From the NCBI RefSeq assembly GCF_963921235.1, contig NC_086108.1:106332001-106396000 (forward strand): DNA of 64,000 nucleotides, written 5' to 3'. The notes under the pieces are model-generated. The model saw only the letters and a program-made list of their open reading frames with translations. It was not told where the DNA came from and searched no databases. This DNA comes from Mobula hypostoma (Eukaryota). Both the position numbers and the translations under genes were made by a program. Numbering within the stretch: position 1 is the stretch's first letter; every line of letters begins with the position of its first letter. Below are positions 63,889 through 64,000 of the stretch, piece after piece.

Positions 63889-64000
63889 CTGAAGATTAAG
63901 CTCAGACTGATTTGATTAAGGAAAGCAATTATATAAAGTGAGCATGTCTTCATTGGATAAAAAGTTTAGGAGATAAAGCGATTCTATCTTTCCTTTCTTG

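Overview
Eukaryotic, repeat-saturated vertebrate DNA. The repeat mix (HE1-like V-SINEs, esterase-ORF1 CR1 LINEs, Rex1/Babar, Penelope-like elements, Tc1) suggests a cartilaginous fish, possibly a ray; this is inference. Most of the window is nested, decayed transposable elements: CR1, Rex1/Babar, RTE and R4/Dong-like LINEs, GIY-YIG Penelope-like elements (PLEs), Tc1 transposons and a tiny Tc1-type MITE, tRNA-derived SINEs, three solo LTRs, and a ~1 kb compound (GT)n tract. No intact TE ORF, RNA gene or prokaryotic feature is present. Several short non-repetitive islands have minus-strand splice signals and open frames (63.8, 61.8, 60.2, 48.7, 12.4 and 5.0 kb), consistent with exons of one unidentified host gene. 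Main observations: PLE ends carry a minimal hammerhead ribozyme motif (one intact copy at 21538-21573, about ten decayed copies); fold-back PLE insertions; a MITE-bracketed composite whose cargo recurs in the window; a four-level TE nest with readable TSDs; and young inverted CR1 pairs flanking candidate exons. Family names come from motif recognition, not database searches. Boundaries without a stated TSD or splice site are approximate.
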